In this document: in pieces, positions 9,342 through 20,013 of the stretch
Numbering within the stretch: position 1 is the first letter of the stretch
Layout: each line of letters begins with the position of its first letter
Assembly (NCBI GenBank): GCA_963768425.1
Contig: CAVYHV010000010.1
Location: 64,001-128,000, forward strand
Source of the DNA: Candidatus Bathyarchaeota archaeon
GTDB lineage: Archaea; Thermoproteota; Bathyarchaeia; Bathyarchaeales; Bathycorpusculaceae
Direction: 5' to 3'
DNA: 64,000 nt
Program-made: the position numbers and the translations under genes
The notes under the pieces: generated by a model
Database searches by the model: none
What the model was told of the DNA's origin: nothing
Seen by the model: the letters and a program-made list of their open reading frames with translations, nothing else

Positions 9342-12300
9342 ATGGCAAGCGACTTTTCGGCAAAGAGACAAAAAAAAGTTTTCGGCGGCGACTTGAAACA
9401 GGATAATTTGTTTCTTGATAAAATGCTAGATGGCTTTGCATACCACAAAATTGTCGTTGATAAGGCAGGTAGACCCGTTGATTATGTTTTTCTGGAAATC
9501 AATTATGCCTTTGAAAAAATGACGGGGCTCAAGAGAGAGCAAATCGTTGGCAAGAAAGTAACTGAAGTTCTTCCTGGAATTGAGAAAGATCCTGATGATT
9601 GGATTGGAGTCTATGGAAAAGTTGCTTTAACGGGAGAGCCAGTTCAGTTTGAGAGTCAAGCCATCCCTTTAGCTAAATGGTACAGAGTTTCGGCTTATTG
9701 TCCGGAGAAAGGCTATTTTGCCGCTTTGTTTGAGGATATTACTGAGCGCAAGAAAGCTGAGCAAGAGCTTTGGCAAACAAAGAAAGATTGGGAACGCACT
9801 TTTGACAGTGTTCCAGACTTTGTAGCTATTCTTGATAATCAGCATAGAATCGTTCGCGCTAATCGAGCAATGGCGAAACAGTTAGGAGTAACTCGAGAGA
9901 AAGCCGTTGGGCTATTCTGCTATCAGTGTGTTCATGGATTAGATAGCGCTCCTGATTTTTGTCCACATGCACAAACAGTGAAAGATGGAAAACAGCACCA
10001 AGCTGAAGTGCATGAACCCCGACTCGGAGGAGATTTCTTAGTAACTACGACTCCGTTAAAGGATGAACAAGGGCGAATAGTCGGATCAGTACATGTAGCC
10101 AGGAATATAACGAGGCCAAGCAGCGAGAGCACGAAATTGAAAACATAAGCAAGTTTCCTTCGGAGAATCCTAATCCTATATTTCGCATAGATGCAAAAGG
10201 CATAATTCTTTATGGTAACACAGCAAGCGATTCTTTATTCTCCATGTGGAATACCAAGGTTGGTAAACATGTACCTGAACATATAGCCAAGGCTGTTGCC
10301 AATGTCTTAGCATCCAACGAGAGCGTTGAACATGAAGTAACATTGGGAGCTAGGACATTATGCCTCTTTCTTGTTCCAATCGCAATGGAACGCTATGTAA
10401 ATGTTTATGCAAGTGATATTACCCAGAGCAAGAAAGCGGAAGAAGCTTTGCGGGAGAGTGAGCAGCGTTGGGCGACCACTTTGGCAAGCATCGGCGACGC
10501 TGTTATCGCCACTGATACATCTGGCAAAATCATGTTCATGAATGGTGAAGCGGAGAAGCTCACAGGCTGGAAGCTTCGTGAGGCAACACAAAAACCGATA
10601 AAGACCGTGTTCAACATTGTTAATGAGCAGACTCGTTTAGCTGTTGAAAACCCAATAAACAAAGTCCTTCAAAAGGGAATCGTTGTTGGCTTAGCTAATC
10701 ATACCGTTTTAATTCGAAAAGACTGTTCTGAAGTTCCAATTGATGACAGTGGAGCACCCATAAAAGACAAAGACGGAAAAACCAATGGTGTCGTGCTCAT
10801 TTTCCGAGACATAACTGAGCGCAAGAAAGCTGAAGAAGCACTTAAGCAAAGCGAGCAGCGGTATAGTGCACTTTTTAATTCTATACCTGAAGGGTTTAGC
10901 CTTGTTGAAATAGTTCATGATAAGAACAACAAAGCTGTTGATTTTCGTTTTCTTGAAATCAATGCTGCTTACGCAAAACTATTGAATAAAAGCAATAGAG
11001 CAAATAGTTGGCAAAACCACTCGGGAAGCGTTCGGACCGATAGAAGATTATTGGTACCAACTTTATGATAAGGTGGCAAAAACTGGAGAATTTGTTCACT
11101 ATGAAAATTATGTTCAGTTACTTGACGAATATTATGAGGTTTATGCGTGGAGAGCAGATGCGACAAACCACGTTGCAATCTTATCAACCAATATCACTGA
11201 ACGCAAGAAAACAGAGAAAGCCATAGCAAGGCAAGCTGAGCTTATTGATTTATCTCCAGATGCCATAATTGTCCGAAAGCTTGATGGCACTATTTCTTTC
11301 TGGAGCAAAGGCGCCGAAAAACTGTACGGTTGGACAAAGGAAAAAGCAATCGGACAGAACATTAATAGTCTTTTAAAGACCGAATTCCCTGTGCCTCCAA
11401 AAGAGATTCAAAAATGACTTGTACAGGATGGTAAATGGTCAGGTGAAGTCGCTCACACATGTGCTAGCGGAAACAGAATTGTTGTCCAGAGTTATTGGCT
11501 GGGCAAATTCGATGCGGATGGCAAAATATTTGAGTTGTTGGAGTCAAACGTAGACATTACGCCAAGAATACTTATGCAAACCAAGGTTGAAGAGTCTGCA
11601 GTTCTGCTCGAAGAATACGCTAATCAAATGGAGACGCTTGCGACCAAGAGGGCAGAACAGTTGAAGGATGCTGAACGCTTAGCAGCTATAGGAGCAACCG
11701 CGGGCATGGTTGGACATGACATTCGTAACCCTCTGCAGGCGATCACAGGCGACGTTTACTTGGCCAAATTGGAGTTATCTTCAACTATAGACAGCGAAGA
11801 GAAGAAGAATGCGTTGGAAAGTTTGGCGGAGATACAGAAAAACATCGATTACATCAACAAGATCGTAGCCGACCTGCAGGATTTTGCCAGACCCCTCAAG
11901 CCAATCTTAGAAAAAGCCGATCTGAAACCCATAATTGATGACCTGCTGAAAAAGAATGGTCTCCCCAAAAACGTTAAGGTCACTGTAAAAGTTGAAGGCC
12001 GGCGCTGGAAAAATTGTTGCTGACTCATCGTATTTAAGCCGCATCATGTACAATCTGGTTAATAATGCTGTTCAAGCCATGCCTAAAGGCGGAAAACTAA
12101 CCATTCACGCCTACAAAGAAGAAAACGACACTATCATAAGCGTCAAAGACACAGGCGTCGGCATACCTGAATCTGTGAAAGAAAAACTGTTCACACCGAT
12201 GTTCACCACCAAGTCGAAAGGTCAAGGATTTGGGTTGGCCGTAATCAAACGGATGACCGAAGCTTTAGGAGGAACAGTAACCTTTGAAAGCCAAGAAGGC

Positions 12301-12366
12301 AAAGGAACCACATTCACAATATGTTTGCCCCCTCAAAACCAGGTCCGCAAACGAAATTTTAAATAA
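9342..12366 (+). pseudogene. Multi-PAS sensor histidine kinase broken by about 3 frameshifts and one in-frame TGA (11415-11417)
   Basis: Repeated PAS/PAC ends (DITERKKAE), H-box GHDIRNPL, NLVNNAVQAM, DTGVGI and GFGL boxes across five ORF fragments. Confidence 0.85.
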
Positions 12367-12616
12367 GGAAATAACCTTAACGAAGCTTCGCCCATCGTCT
12401 CATAACGTGTTCTTGCACTATGCTCCCTTAGAGGAAATCCGCCCCTAAGCGACTAAGTTTTATTAACCAACAAGCGTCAGTTGGACGCTTCCAGAAAATT
12501 GTTGATGAATTTACAAAAGCGCAAATGACCGTAGCAAATCGGAAAGAAATGCAAATAAAGAAGCATGTGGATTAACATCGCCAGACCAACTCTCGAAGAG
12601 TCTTAGTATAGTATGT

Positions 12617-12694
12617 GCGGTCGTAGTCTAGTTTGGTCTAGGACATCAGCCTGCCACGCTGACGACCCGGGTTCAAATCTCGGCGACCGCACCA
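12617..12694 (+). tRNA. tRNA-Gly(GCC), intact, encoded CCA
   Basis: GCGGTCG/CGACCGC acceptor, TCAGC-CTGCCAC-GCTGA anticodon arm, CCGGG-TTCAAAT-CTCGG T arm. Confidence 0.97.
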
Positions 12695-12876
12695 CAGCCT
12701 CACCTGAATCTGGGTTCAAAAACCATAGAGAGCGAAACCATTTCAGAACCAATTGAAAACATTTTCCGTGCCAAGTCATACCCACGCCAGACCTATTTTT
12801 TGTCAAGGGAAAATTGGTTGAGAAACACTATCCTCTAGAATTACTGTTTTGCATAGTTGCGTGTTTTTGATGGTTT

Positions 12877-13824
12877 TTAAGTTTCAATCTTACATATTCT
12901 TTCGTTTATATCTGTTGCATGATGCCACAATTCTTCGAAGAAGGCTTTGAGTGTGCAGACAAAAGCTTCACTGTTGGTCCATAAACCTGTTTCCTGTCGA
13001 TTGGTTAAGGCTGAATCTCCATCCAGAGTTATGAAGAAAAAAGCTTCTGCCTCGTCTATTAGATAGAAATGCGGGTAAAGTTTTAAAGACGAGTTTATGT
13101 CGCGAACCTCGACGTTTAGATGGTTCTCAGAAACCATTTTGCTGCTCTGTCTTATTATGTCAATGTTTTCATTCGAGAGGTGAGTAAGAACTCTAACGCG
13201 AGTTGAAGTTATGTCCTCTCTTTCCGTAGGCTGGATGATGTCTGCTTTGGCAAGTCCCGCTTTTATGATTCCTACTTGATCCGCTTGAATTACGCCATGA
13301 TTGGTGGTCACTACTAGCAGTTCTCTCTTCCATTCCTCGACCAACTGTAAGATTTTGGAGTATATGTTTTTCCTTCCTTCTATAATAGCAAATCTTTCGA
13401 CGGGAGATGCGGACTCTTGTAAATTGATGGATCTCCATTGAGTTAACAGCTCATTTTTATTGTCCTCAAGGAAGCTAATATCATCCTTCTTGGTTTTGAT
13501 AAGCAGCTCGATAAGCTTCTCGAAAGGAACAGCAGTGTATCGCGCCGGCTTTTCTAAGGTTAAATTCACCATACATCTGCTCTCTAGGTCCTTTAGGATG
13601 CGATACACCTGCCCTTTGTGCATATTGAGACTTCTAGATACGTTGTATGCTCTTTGAGAGCCATTCTTAGCTAGAAAAACGTAAACTTTCGATTCATTTT
13701 CTGTCAATTTGAAATCTCTTAGGACATTGGAGATGGTTTTTTCGCTCAAAGACACCGTTTTCCGTTGCGAGTAGTCACACATCTGTGTGACTGCCCAAAG
13801 CTTATAACTTTTTCTTAGCCACAT
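12877..13824 (-). CDS. TrmB-family transcriptional regulator (start probably at 13782 or downstream)
   Basis: LTENESKVYVFL wHTH, P..YTAVP, C-terminal effector-binding domain ending FEELW. Confidence 0.9.
   Translation of the reverse strand: MWLRKSYKLWAVTQMCDYSQRKTVSLSEKTISNVLRDFKLTENESKVYVFLAKNGSQRAYNVSRSLNMHKGQVYRILKDLESRCMVNLTLEKPARYTAVPFEKLIELLIKTKKDDISFLEDNKNELLTQWRSINLQESASPVERFAIIEGRKNIYSKILQLVEEWKRELLVVTTNHGVIQADQVGIIKAGLAKADIIQPTEREDITSTRVRVLTHLSNENIDIIRQSSKMVSENHLNVEVRDINSSLKLYPHFYLIDEAEAFFFITLDGDSALTNRQETGLWTNSEAFVCTLKAFFEELWHHATDINERICKIET
13773..13808 (+). promoter_or_regulatory. Palindromic operator AGTCACACA-TC-TGTGTGACT directly upstream of BRE/TATA (CCCAAAG-CTTATAAC) of the surface-protein gene
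   Basis: Perfect 9-bp inverted repeat 13773-13792; TATA-like element about 50 bp upstream of ATG 13856. Confidence 0.6.
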
Positions 13825-13855
13825 CAGATTCTATAGACCAAAAAGGAGAAAAAAA

Positions 13856-16594
13856 ATGAATTCTACAATAGGTAAAATTGGAGCTATCTCGCTATCATTT
13901 TTGATGATATTTGCAATTGTGGCAGCCTTTGGATCATTGGCATCAGGGCAGATCACTATTCCAACCATAGCCTTTTGCAACGTTGCCCCTGACCCCTGTG
14001 GAGTAGGGCAACAAGTCACCGTCAACTTCTGGCTCGCAACACCAATACCCGGAGCCGAACTTGCAACAAACCTAGAGGTCGTTGTAACTCCTCCAGGCGG
14101 AACAGCCACAGTACTCGGCAACTTCACAGCCGACTACACCGGAGGAACATACACTCACTACATCCCAACCACAGTAGGCAACTACACATTCCAAATGTTC
14201 TACGGCGGACAAAAACTCACAGGATTCGGCGAAAATGGACCTTCCGCTTTTAAAGGAGACTTCATGGGATCCAGCACTAGCAACGTAGTTACACTTGTCG
14301 TGCAGCAACAGCCGGCAGGCGGCATCCCGACTACTCCGCTGCCGAACTCATGGTGGCAGACACCAGTTAACTCAAACAACGTCCAAACCTGGTACAGCGT
14401 CACCGGACCTTGGCTAGGATTAGCCGCTAACGCTTTCGGCGCAACAGGCGCATACAATGATTCAGGCAACGAAAACCCATACACTATGGGCCCAGTTACA
14501 GGACACATCCTGTGGACTAAACCATGGTGCATCGGCGGTGTCGCAGGCGGAGATGCAGGCGGAAACGAACAGTCAGGCAGTTACTATACCACCTCGCAGT
14601 ATGAACCAAAATGGAACCCAGTAGTGATCGATGGCATAGAATACTCAACATGGTACACGACAACAACCTCATACGATAACGGCATAGTAGCAACAGACCT
14701 CTATAACGGACAAACACTATGGGTGCTCAACACGACGAACGCACTGGTAGGTGGAATGCAAGCAATCTATGAAACACCAAACCAGTACGGCGTAGTTGGA
14801 CCATACATCATAACTACAGGAACTCTGCCAGGAGTCAACGATAGAGTCGATCCGTTCCTTGGACCAGAAGGCGAATACAACCTCTACGACGCTTTGACAG
14901 GCACTTATGTCTGCAGCATTGTCAACGGAACCACACCAGGCGCTGGCTTCGCAGGAGGCTTCATGACCGTGGACCAATACGGCAACTGGGTAGGATACTA
15001 CACCAACACTACCTTCTACTCACCAGGGCCATTCTCTTTGCCACCCTCAGCCTATTTCATGCCGCAACACACGACTGGTGGAGACCCACTACGTAATGCG
15101 AACCTTACAGGACCGGCACTTGTCGCTTGGAACATGACTATGGCACTCGGCGAAACAGAAGCGGCAGGACAATGGGGGATCGCGGCAGGCTCCGTATTCA
15201 GTTTTGACGATGGAGTAATGTACGTTGCACAGTCAATACCGACAACATTTAACGGTGTTCCTCTTGAGTCACAGGGCTTCTTCGGTCCAAGCTATCTAAA
15301 CGGCGGAGGACTATCAATTGGACAAATTGCAAGCGGCGTCATTGTTCTGACAGTAGGATTCGGCGCAACCAGCGTCGGAGACACAGCAGGATGGGCAGTA
15401 TCAGCAGGCTTCAGTCAAGCAACCGGCGCACTTCTATGGGGACCAATCAACAGGACATACACGCCATACACAAGAATCAGCTCGAACTTCTACAACTTGG
15501 CAGCAGACGGAGCCTACGTTGAATGTGACGAAAACACATTCGTAACCACAGGCTACTCACTGTTCACAGGCCAACAGCTCTGGCAAATAACATTGACCGG
15601 ACCAAACGGCGGACCTCCAAACTCTTACGACGACTACGGCATACAGACCGTTGTTGACTCAACGACCGGCATAATTTACCTGTGGGGCTTAGGCGGAGAC
15701 ATATGGGCAATCAACATGAACACCGGCAAAATCTTATGGCAAACTTCAACTACCCTGCTTCAGGGCACACCTGGAACTGAAACCCCATATGGCATCTGGC
15801 CAATATGGGTCCAATACGGCGGCATGATGGCAGGCGGAAACAACGTACTATACCTCTCAGAAGGACACGAATACAGCCCACCACTATTCCACGGAGCACA
15901 AATGCTAGCCATAAACGGCACCACAGGAGCCTTAATATGGAAAGAACTAGCGTTCGACGACACAGCAGCAGAAGTCTCATACAACATAATTACCGGGTAC
16001 AACTCCTACGACGGCCAAATCTACGCATATGGACAAGGACCAAGCAAAACAACCGTTACCATACCTGACCCCATTACAGCTGTTGGCGCCAAAGTAATGA
16101 TTGAGGGCCGAGTCACCGACGTCTCACCGGGCGCGTCACAACAAGCAGTCGCATTAAACTTCCCCAACGGGCTACCATGCGTATCTGACGCAAGCATGAG
16201 CCAGTTCATGGAAGCGGTTTATGAACAGCAACCAATGCCACATTCAACAGGAGTTCCAGTCACACTAACAGTTTTAGACAGCAACAACAACTACCGAACA
16301 ATCGGCACAGCAACTACGAATGTCTTGGGAGACTACTCATTTGCGTGGACGCCTGACATACCAGGCAACTACACTGTATACGCCACTTTCGCAGGCACAG
16401 GGGGATACTATTCGTCTTCTGCTTCCACAGGACTCTACGCCAACTCTGCAGCAGCGACACCGGCACCGACGGCAACACCGCTTAGCGGAATAGCAACTCA
16501 ATCGACAGTCGAATACATAGGCGTCGCAATAATCATCGTAATAATCATAATCGGCGCGCTGACAATGCTCATGCTCAGCAGAAAAAGACCATAA
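13856..16594 (+). CDS. Large membrane-anchored surface protein (PQQ-like beta-propeller repeats, Ig-like domains), paralog 1
   Basis: Signal peptide; repeated (D/N)xxTGxxLW blade motifs; Thr/Pro linker, C-terminal TM helix and SRKRP tail; blocks shared with paralogs 2 and 3. Confidence 0.88.
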   Translation: MNSTIGKIGAISLSFLMIFAIVAAFGSLASGQITIPTIAFCNVAPDPCGVGQQVTVNFWLATPIPGAELATNLEVVVTPPGGTATVLGNFTADYTGGTYTHYIPTTVGNYTFQMFYGGQKLTGFGENGPSAFKGDFMGSSTSNVVTLVVQQQPAGGIPTTPLPNSWWQTPVNSNNVQTWYSVTGPWLGLAANAFGATGAYNDSGNENPYTMGPVTGHILWTKPWCIGGVAGGDAGGNEQSGSYYTTSQYEPKWNPVVIDGIEYSTWYTTTTSYDNGIVATDLYNGQTLWVLNTTNALVGGMQAIYETPNQYGVVGPYIITTGTLPGVNDRVDPFLGPEGEYNLYDALTGTYVCSIVNGTTPGAGFAGGFMTVDQYGNWVGYYTNTTFYSPGPFSLPPSAYFMPQHTTGGDPLRNANLTGPALVAWNMTMALGETEAAGQWGIAAGSVFSFDDGVMYVAQSIPTTFNGVPLESQGFFGPSYLNGGGLSIGQIASGVIVLTVGFGATSVGDTAGWAVSAGFSQATGALLWGPINRTYTPYTRISSNFYNLAADGAYVECDENTFVTTGYSLFTGQQLWQITLTGPNGGPPNSYDDYGIQTVVDSTTGIIYLWGLGGDIWAINMNTGKILWQTSTTLLQGTPGTETPYGIWPIWVQYGGMMAGGNNVLYLSEGHEYSPPLFHGAQMLAINGTTGALIWKELAFDDTAAEVSYNIITGYNSYDGQIYAYGQGPSKTTVTIPDPITAVGAKVMIEGRVTDVSPGASQQAVALNFPNGLPCVSDASMSQFMEAVYEQQPMPHSTGVPVTLTVLDSNNNYRTIGTATTNVLGDYSFAWTPDIPGNYTVYATFAGTGGYYSSSASTGLYANSAAATPAPTATPLSGIATQSTVEYIGVAIIIVIIIIGALTMLMLSRKRP

Positions 16595-16700
16595 TCGAAA
16601 TAGAAAAAACATTTCCCTTTTTCTTTTTTTGTTTCTTGATTCCTTGTTTAAAAAATAAAAATGGAGGGTTTTTTGAGAGATTGTTTGCTTTACATTCTCT

Positions 16701-17477
16701 TTAGTACTTCTGATTGTGTTGTGGCTGGAGTTGTTTTGCTGGATTTGTTTTGGGATAGTGACGAAGCATTTGTCCGCCTACTATGATAAACCATAGAGCG
16801 ACGGCTGGCACGCTGACTAAGAAGAACAAACCGATGATGGTAGAGCTAACTCCAAGTGCATTGAAGGCTCCGATAACTGCCATCATGTTTGTGACTATAC
16901 CAAAGACTGCGGTTCCCCTGCGGAATGAGTTGGTCTTAAGCATGGCAATTGCGAACAGAAGTGGACCAATTGTAAGGAAGTAACTTATGAAAGTCATGAG
17001 TGGTAGCGCATTAACAATGCCCGTGGCATTTGTGATTACTGATGCTTTAGAGGACTCAGTTGTGGCAATCATGTATGCTTGTGAGTAGCTAACGAGTCGT
17101 AAGGACTGCAACTCGGATACTAATGGGTCGTAGATGCAGAAAGCAAGGGTCAGGATGGCTCCGCCAACTGCGAGATTTTTGGTTGCAGGTTTTAAGATTA
17201 TGTAGAATGCCACAGTTATGGGAACGAATATTATGTCTGCCACAATCCAAAGGGTCCAGCTAGTTGCCGCTAAAGCCTGATGTTGAGAGAAGAGCTGCAG
17301 AAAGCCTGTGACAGTGGTTGGTACACCGTGTGGGTAAAGACCCATCTCCGTGTATGTGACTGCAACCCACAGGATGCCCATTATGACTGCCAAGATTCCG
17401 CTGATGCGTAAGAACCCATTCCAGCGCGGAGCAACCAATGGCGTCGGTGTTTCTGATGATTTATTCATCTTTTTCAC
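16701..17477 (-). CDS. Integral membrane protein, DUF4386-like
   Basis: About 6 TM helices. Confidence 0.7.
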   Translation of the reverse strand: MKKMNKSSETPTPLVAPRWNGFLRISGILAVIMGILWVAVTYTEMGLYPHGVPTTVTGFLQLFSQHQALAATSWTLWIVADIIFVPITVAFYIILKPATKNLAVGGAILTLAFCIYDPLVSELQSLRLVSYSQAYMIATTESSKASVITNATGIVNALPLMTFISYFLTIGPLLFAIAMLKTNSFRRGTAVFGIVTNMMAVIGAFNALGVSSTIIGLFFLVSVPAVALWFIIVGGQMLRHYPKTNPAKQLQPQHNQKY

Positions 17478-17712
17478 CTCCCGTGCTCTTGCTTTCTTTG
17501 ATTTCGTTTTGGGAAAGGTTAATCCTTAGAACACCCTTGTCGCCAACAACTTCAAGGATTACGTCTTCAGCAAACGATGCATGCTGAAGTTGACCTAATG
17601 TGCCTTCCAAAAGGACGTTTTCCAGACCGCTGTTGGTCAAGGTGACGTTTTTTAGGCTGACCTTGGATTTCAGTTCAACAGAGAAGAATCGTTCTTTCAA
17701 TGTTTTTTCCAT
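17461..17712 (-). CDS. Small hypothetical protein
   Basis: 83-aa beta-rich ORF with GAGG RBS, overlapping the downstream gene start. Confidence 0.7.
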   Translation of the reverse strand: MEKTLKERFFSVELKSKVSLKNVTLTNSGLENVLLEGTLGQLQHASFAEDVILEVVGDKGVLRINLSQNEIKESKSTGGEKDE

Positions 17713-17819
17713 TTTACATTCCTCAAATAAACTTCAGAGGCGTTGAGCTCCCATTAGTTTTATTTAACAACATTGTATAGTACAATACAACGCTGTAAAG
17801 TGCCAAACAGAAGTGACGG

Positions 17820-18572
17820 TTGACCTCTTTGGAAGAAAGCGAAGGAATAGACAGATTATTTTACGAGCTTGCAAGCGAAAACAGACTGAGTATACTCATA
17901 GCGCTGCAGACCAAAAACCATAAGATGCAGGAACTAGCTCGAAAACTTGACTTAACGGACACGGAAGCATTCCGGCAACTGCAACGTCTTAGCGAAGCCC
18001 AACTAATCAACAAACAACCAGATGGCACATACACCATAACCGAATATGGCAAACTAATTCTGAAGTTTTCACACTCTTTTGAGTTTGCATTCAAATTCAA
18101 ACAGTGCCTCTTAACACGTAATATCTGGCGAATTCCCGACGAATTCATCAACCGACTCGGCGAGCTATCAAACGCCAATTTAAGCACAAATGCAATAGAA
18201 ATGGTCAACAACGCAGAACAACTCGTCATGGGAACTGAAGAATACCTCTGGATGATCGGTGAGCGACCCCTAAGCTTTCTAGGCGCAAGAGTCGCGGAAA
18301 TGCTTCAAAAAGGAATAACGGTAAGATTTCTGTTCGATGAGAGCTGCCACAAATTCTACGAAAACATGCCAGACGTTAGGGGCGTAATTGAAAAAAGAGT
18401 AATCCCATCCATTCCCGCTATCCTGATTATAAACGAAAAATTCGCAGGCATAAACATACTATCCATCGATGGTAGAGCAGACAACGCCATCTTTTACGGT
18501 AACGATCCAGGAATTCTGAAGTGGACAAATGATTTGTTTTTACATTATTGGGCTCAAGGCAAACGTTGCTAG
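17820..18572 (+). CDS. ArsR-type HTH regulator with DUF1724/FilR1-like C-terminal domain
   Basis: LASENRLSIL HTH, DGTYTITEYG, WTNDLFLHYW C-terminus; upstream palindrome ATTGTA-TAG-TACAAT (17772-17786). Confidence 0.85.
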   Translation: MTSLEESEGIDRLFYELASENRLSILIALQTKNHKMQELARKLDLTDTEAFRQLQRLSEAQLINKQPDGTYTITEYGKLILKFSHSFEFAFKFKQCLLTRNIWRIPDEFINRLGELSNANLSTNAIEMVNNAEQLVMGTEEYLWMIGERPLSFLGARVAEMLQKGITVRFLFDESCHKFYENMPDVRGVIEKRVIPSIPAILIINEKFAGINILSIDGRADNAIFYGNDPGILKWTNDLFLHYWAQGKRC

Positions 18573-18762
18573 CGGACTCTGGAGTATTCTTTTTTGTGTC
18601 ATTACAGAAAGGAAAGTCTCTAACCACAACTTTTAGAGGAAGGGGGCGAACCCATTGTCAGGAAAATTTGGGCGAGAGGGCATTGGCGGGCCCTTTGTGA
18701 TAGATGCCGCATGCAGAAGGTACAGGGCAACGTTTTAGTGCCAAAGCCACGCACACATACGC

Positions 18763-19617
18763 TTGATCACAGTGCAGACGACCAAATATCACATCTACAT
18801 CGAGTATAGTGAGCCTGACAAGTCTGGCTTCCGCTTCAACGTTTCCCACGCAGAATTAATAGGGAAATTCCAAGAACCATTTGCCAACGGCGAACCCTTC
18901 TGGTTTATGGGACGTCTCCTCAATCCAATCAAAGTCGCCAAAATCGTTATCTTTTGGTCCTACCAAACGGCTGACCAACTGCATTTACCCAACCATGAAA
19001 GCCTCATAGCGACTAAAGACAAAAAATACCTCATCGACAACCTCCTCAAAGGCAAAGTCAAAGGCGTTTACCTATGCACCGAGGAATTTGTGGCTGTGAC
19101 CCAAAAAAAATCGGCTCAAGCCATACAAGCTCAACCGATAGTTTCAACTCCAAGTGGCATACCCAAGCGAATAATCGTTGTTTCTGGAACAGATGAAATA
19201 ATGAAACAAACTATCACTGGAGCTTTGAGAAAACTCGGCCTCGCCGCCATAGTCATGAGTGAAGAACCCAGCCAGGGCAGAAAAATCGTCGACCGCTTCG
19301 CAGACTACACCGATGTGGGCTTTGCTTTGGTGTTGCTTTCGCCTGACGTTTACGTTTACCCGAAGGGGGAAGAAGCTACAAAACGCGAACGCATCCCAAA
19401 GCAAGACGTTACTTTAATGTTTGGCTTCCTCTTAGGTAAACTTGGGAAGGATAAGGTGCTCGCCTTCTATAGGGAAAGCCCAAACTTCGCCTTTCCAATA
19501 GAGTTCGAAGGCGTTAAATTCACAGCTGTAGACGACCGCGACAGTTGGAAACTTGCCCTCATACGTGAACTCACCAACTGCGGCTATACGATTGATGCTG
19601 AGAGACTTTTAAGGTAA
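18763..19617 (+). CDS. TIR-like (CAP12/Pycsar-effector type) domain protein with an unknown N-terminal domain
   Basis: KLGL..IVMSE....GRKIVDRF....DVGFALVLLSPD and GFLLGKLG match this TIR-like family. Confidence 0.82.
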   Translation: MITVQTTKYHIYIEYSEPDKSGFRFNVSHAELIGKFQEPFANGEPFWFMGRLLNPIKVAKIVIFWSYQTADQLHLPNHESLIATKDKKYLIDNLLKGKVKGVYLCTEEFVAVTQKKSAQAIQAQPIVSTPSGIPKRIIVVSGTDEIMKQTITGALRKLGLAAIVMSEEPSQGRKIVDRFADYTDVGFALVLLSPDVYVYPKGEEATKRERIPKQDVTLMFGFLLGKLGKDKVLAFYRESPNFAFPIEFEGVKFTAVDDRDSWKLALIRELTNCGYTIDAERLLR

Positions 19618-19671
19618 GATCACAAATACTACAAAACCAAAATGTCAATGCAGACCTAACAAAACAGCAAA

Positions 19672-19747
19672 GCGGTTGTATTGTAGTTCGGTAGGACATT
19701 AGCTTCCCAAGCTGAATACCTGGGTTCAAATTCCGGCGGGCCTGCCA
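19672..19747 (+). pseudogene. Degenerate tRNA-Gly(CCC)-like copy with a non-pairing 3' acceptor strand
   Basis: GCGGTTG...AGGACA-TTAGC-TTCCCAA-GCTGA...CTGGG-TTCAAAT-TCCGG-CGGGCCT-GCCA; D stem and acceptor stem disrupted. Confidence 0.75.
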
Positions 19748-20013
19748 TCGTCCCGAGCGAATATGAACTTTTTGAATTCTTCTATGGGTTAAGATTCCGT
19801 CAATCGTATTGAGTCTCGTATTGAGTCTTGTTGTTTTTTTTCTGTTGAAGAAAAAGATCTATTTATGTTCAAGCAATAAACTTTTCAAAAAGAGTTCGAA
19901 GTCTATTTTGACTTGGATCACACGTTTTGTGAAAAGGAGGATAATTGCCTTAGTTTATAGTGCCTAATGCAAGCGAAACAACTTGTGGATTGTGCAAATG
20001 CCGCATTCCGAAT

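Noticed and set aside
19804-19827. 12-bp tandem duplication (TCGTATTGAGTC x2); similar one at 37636
   Set aside because: Two-copy slippage events with no further structure
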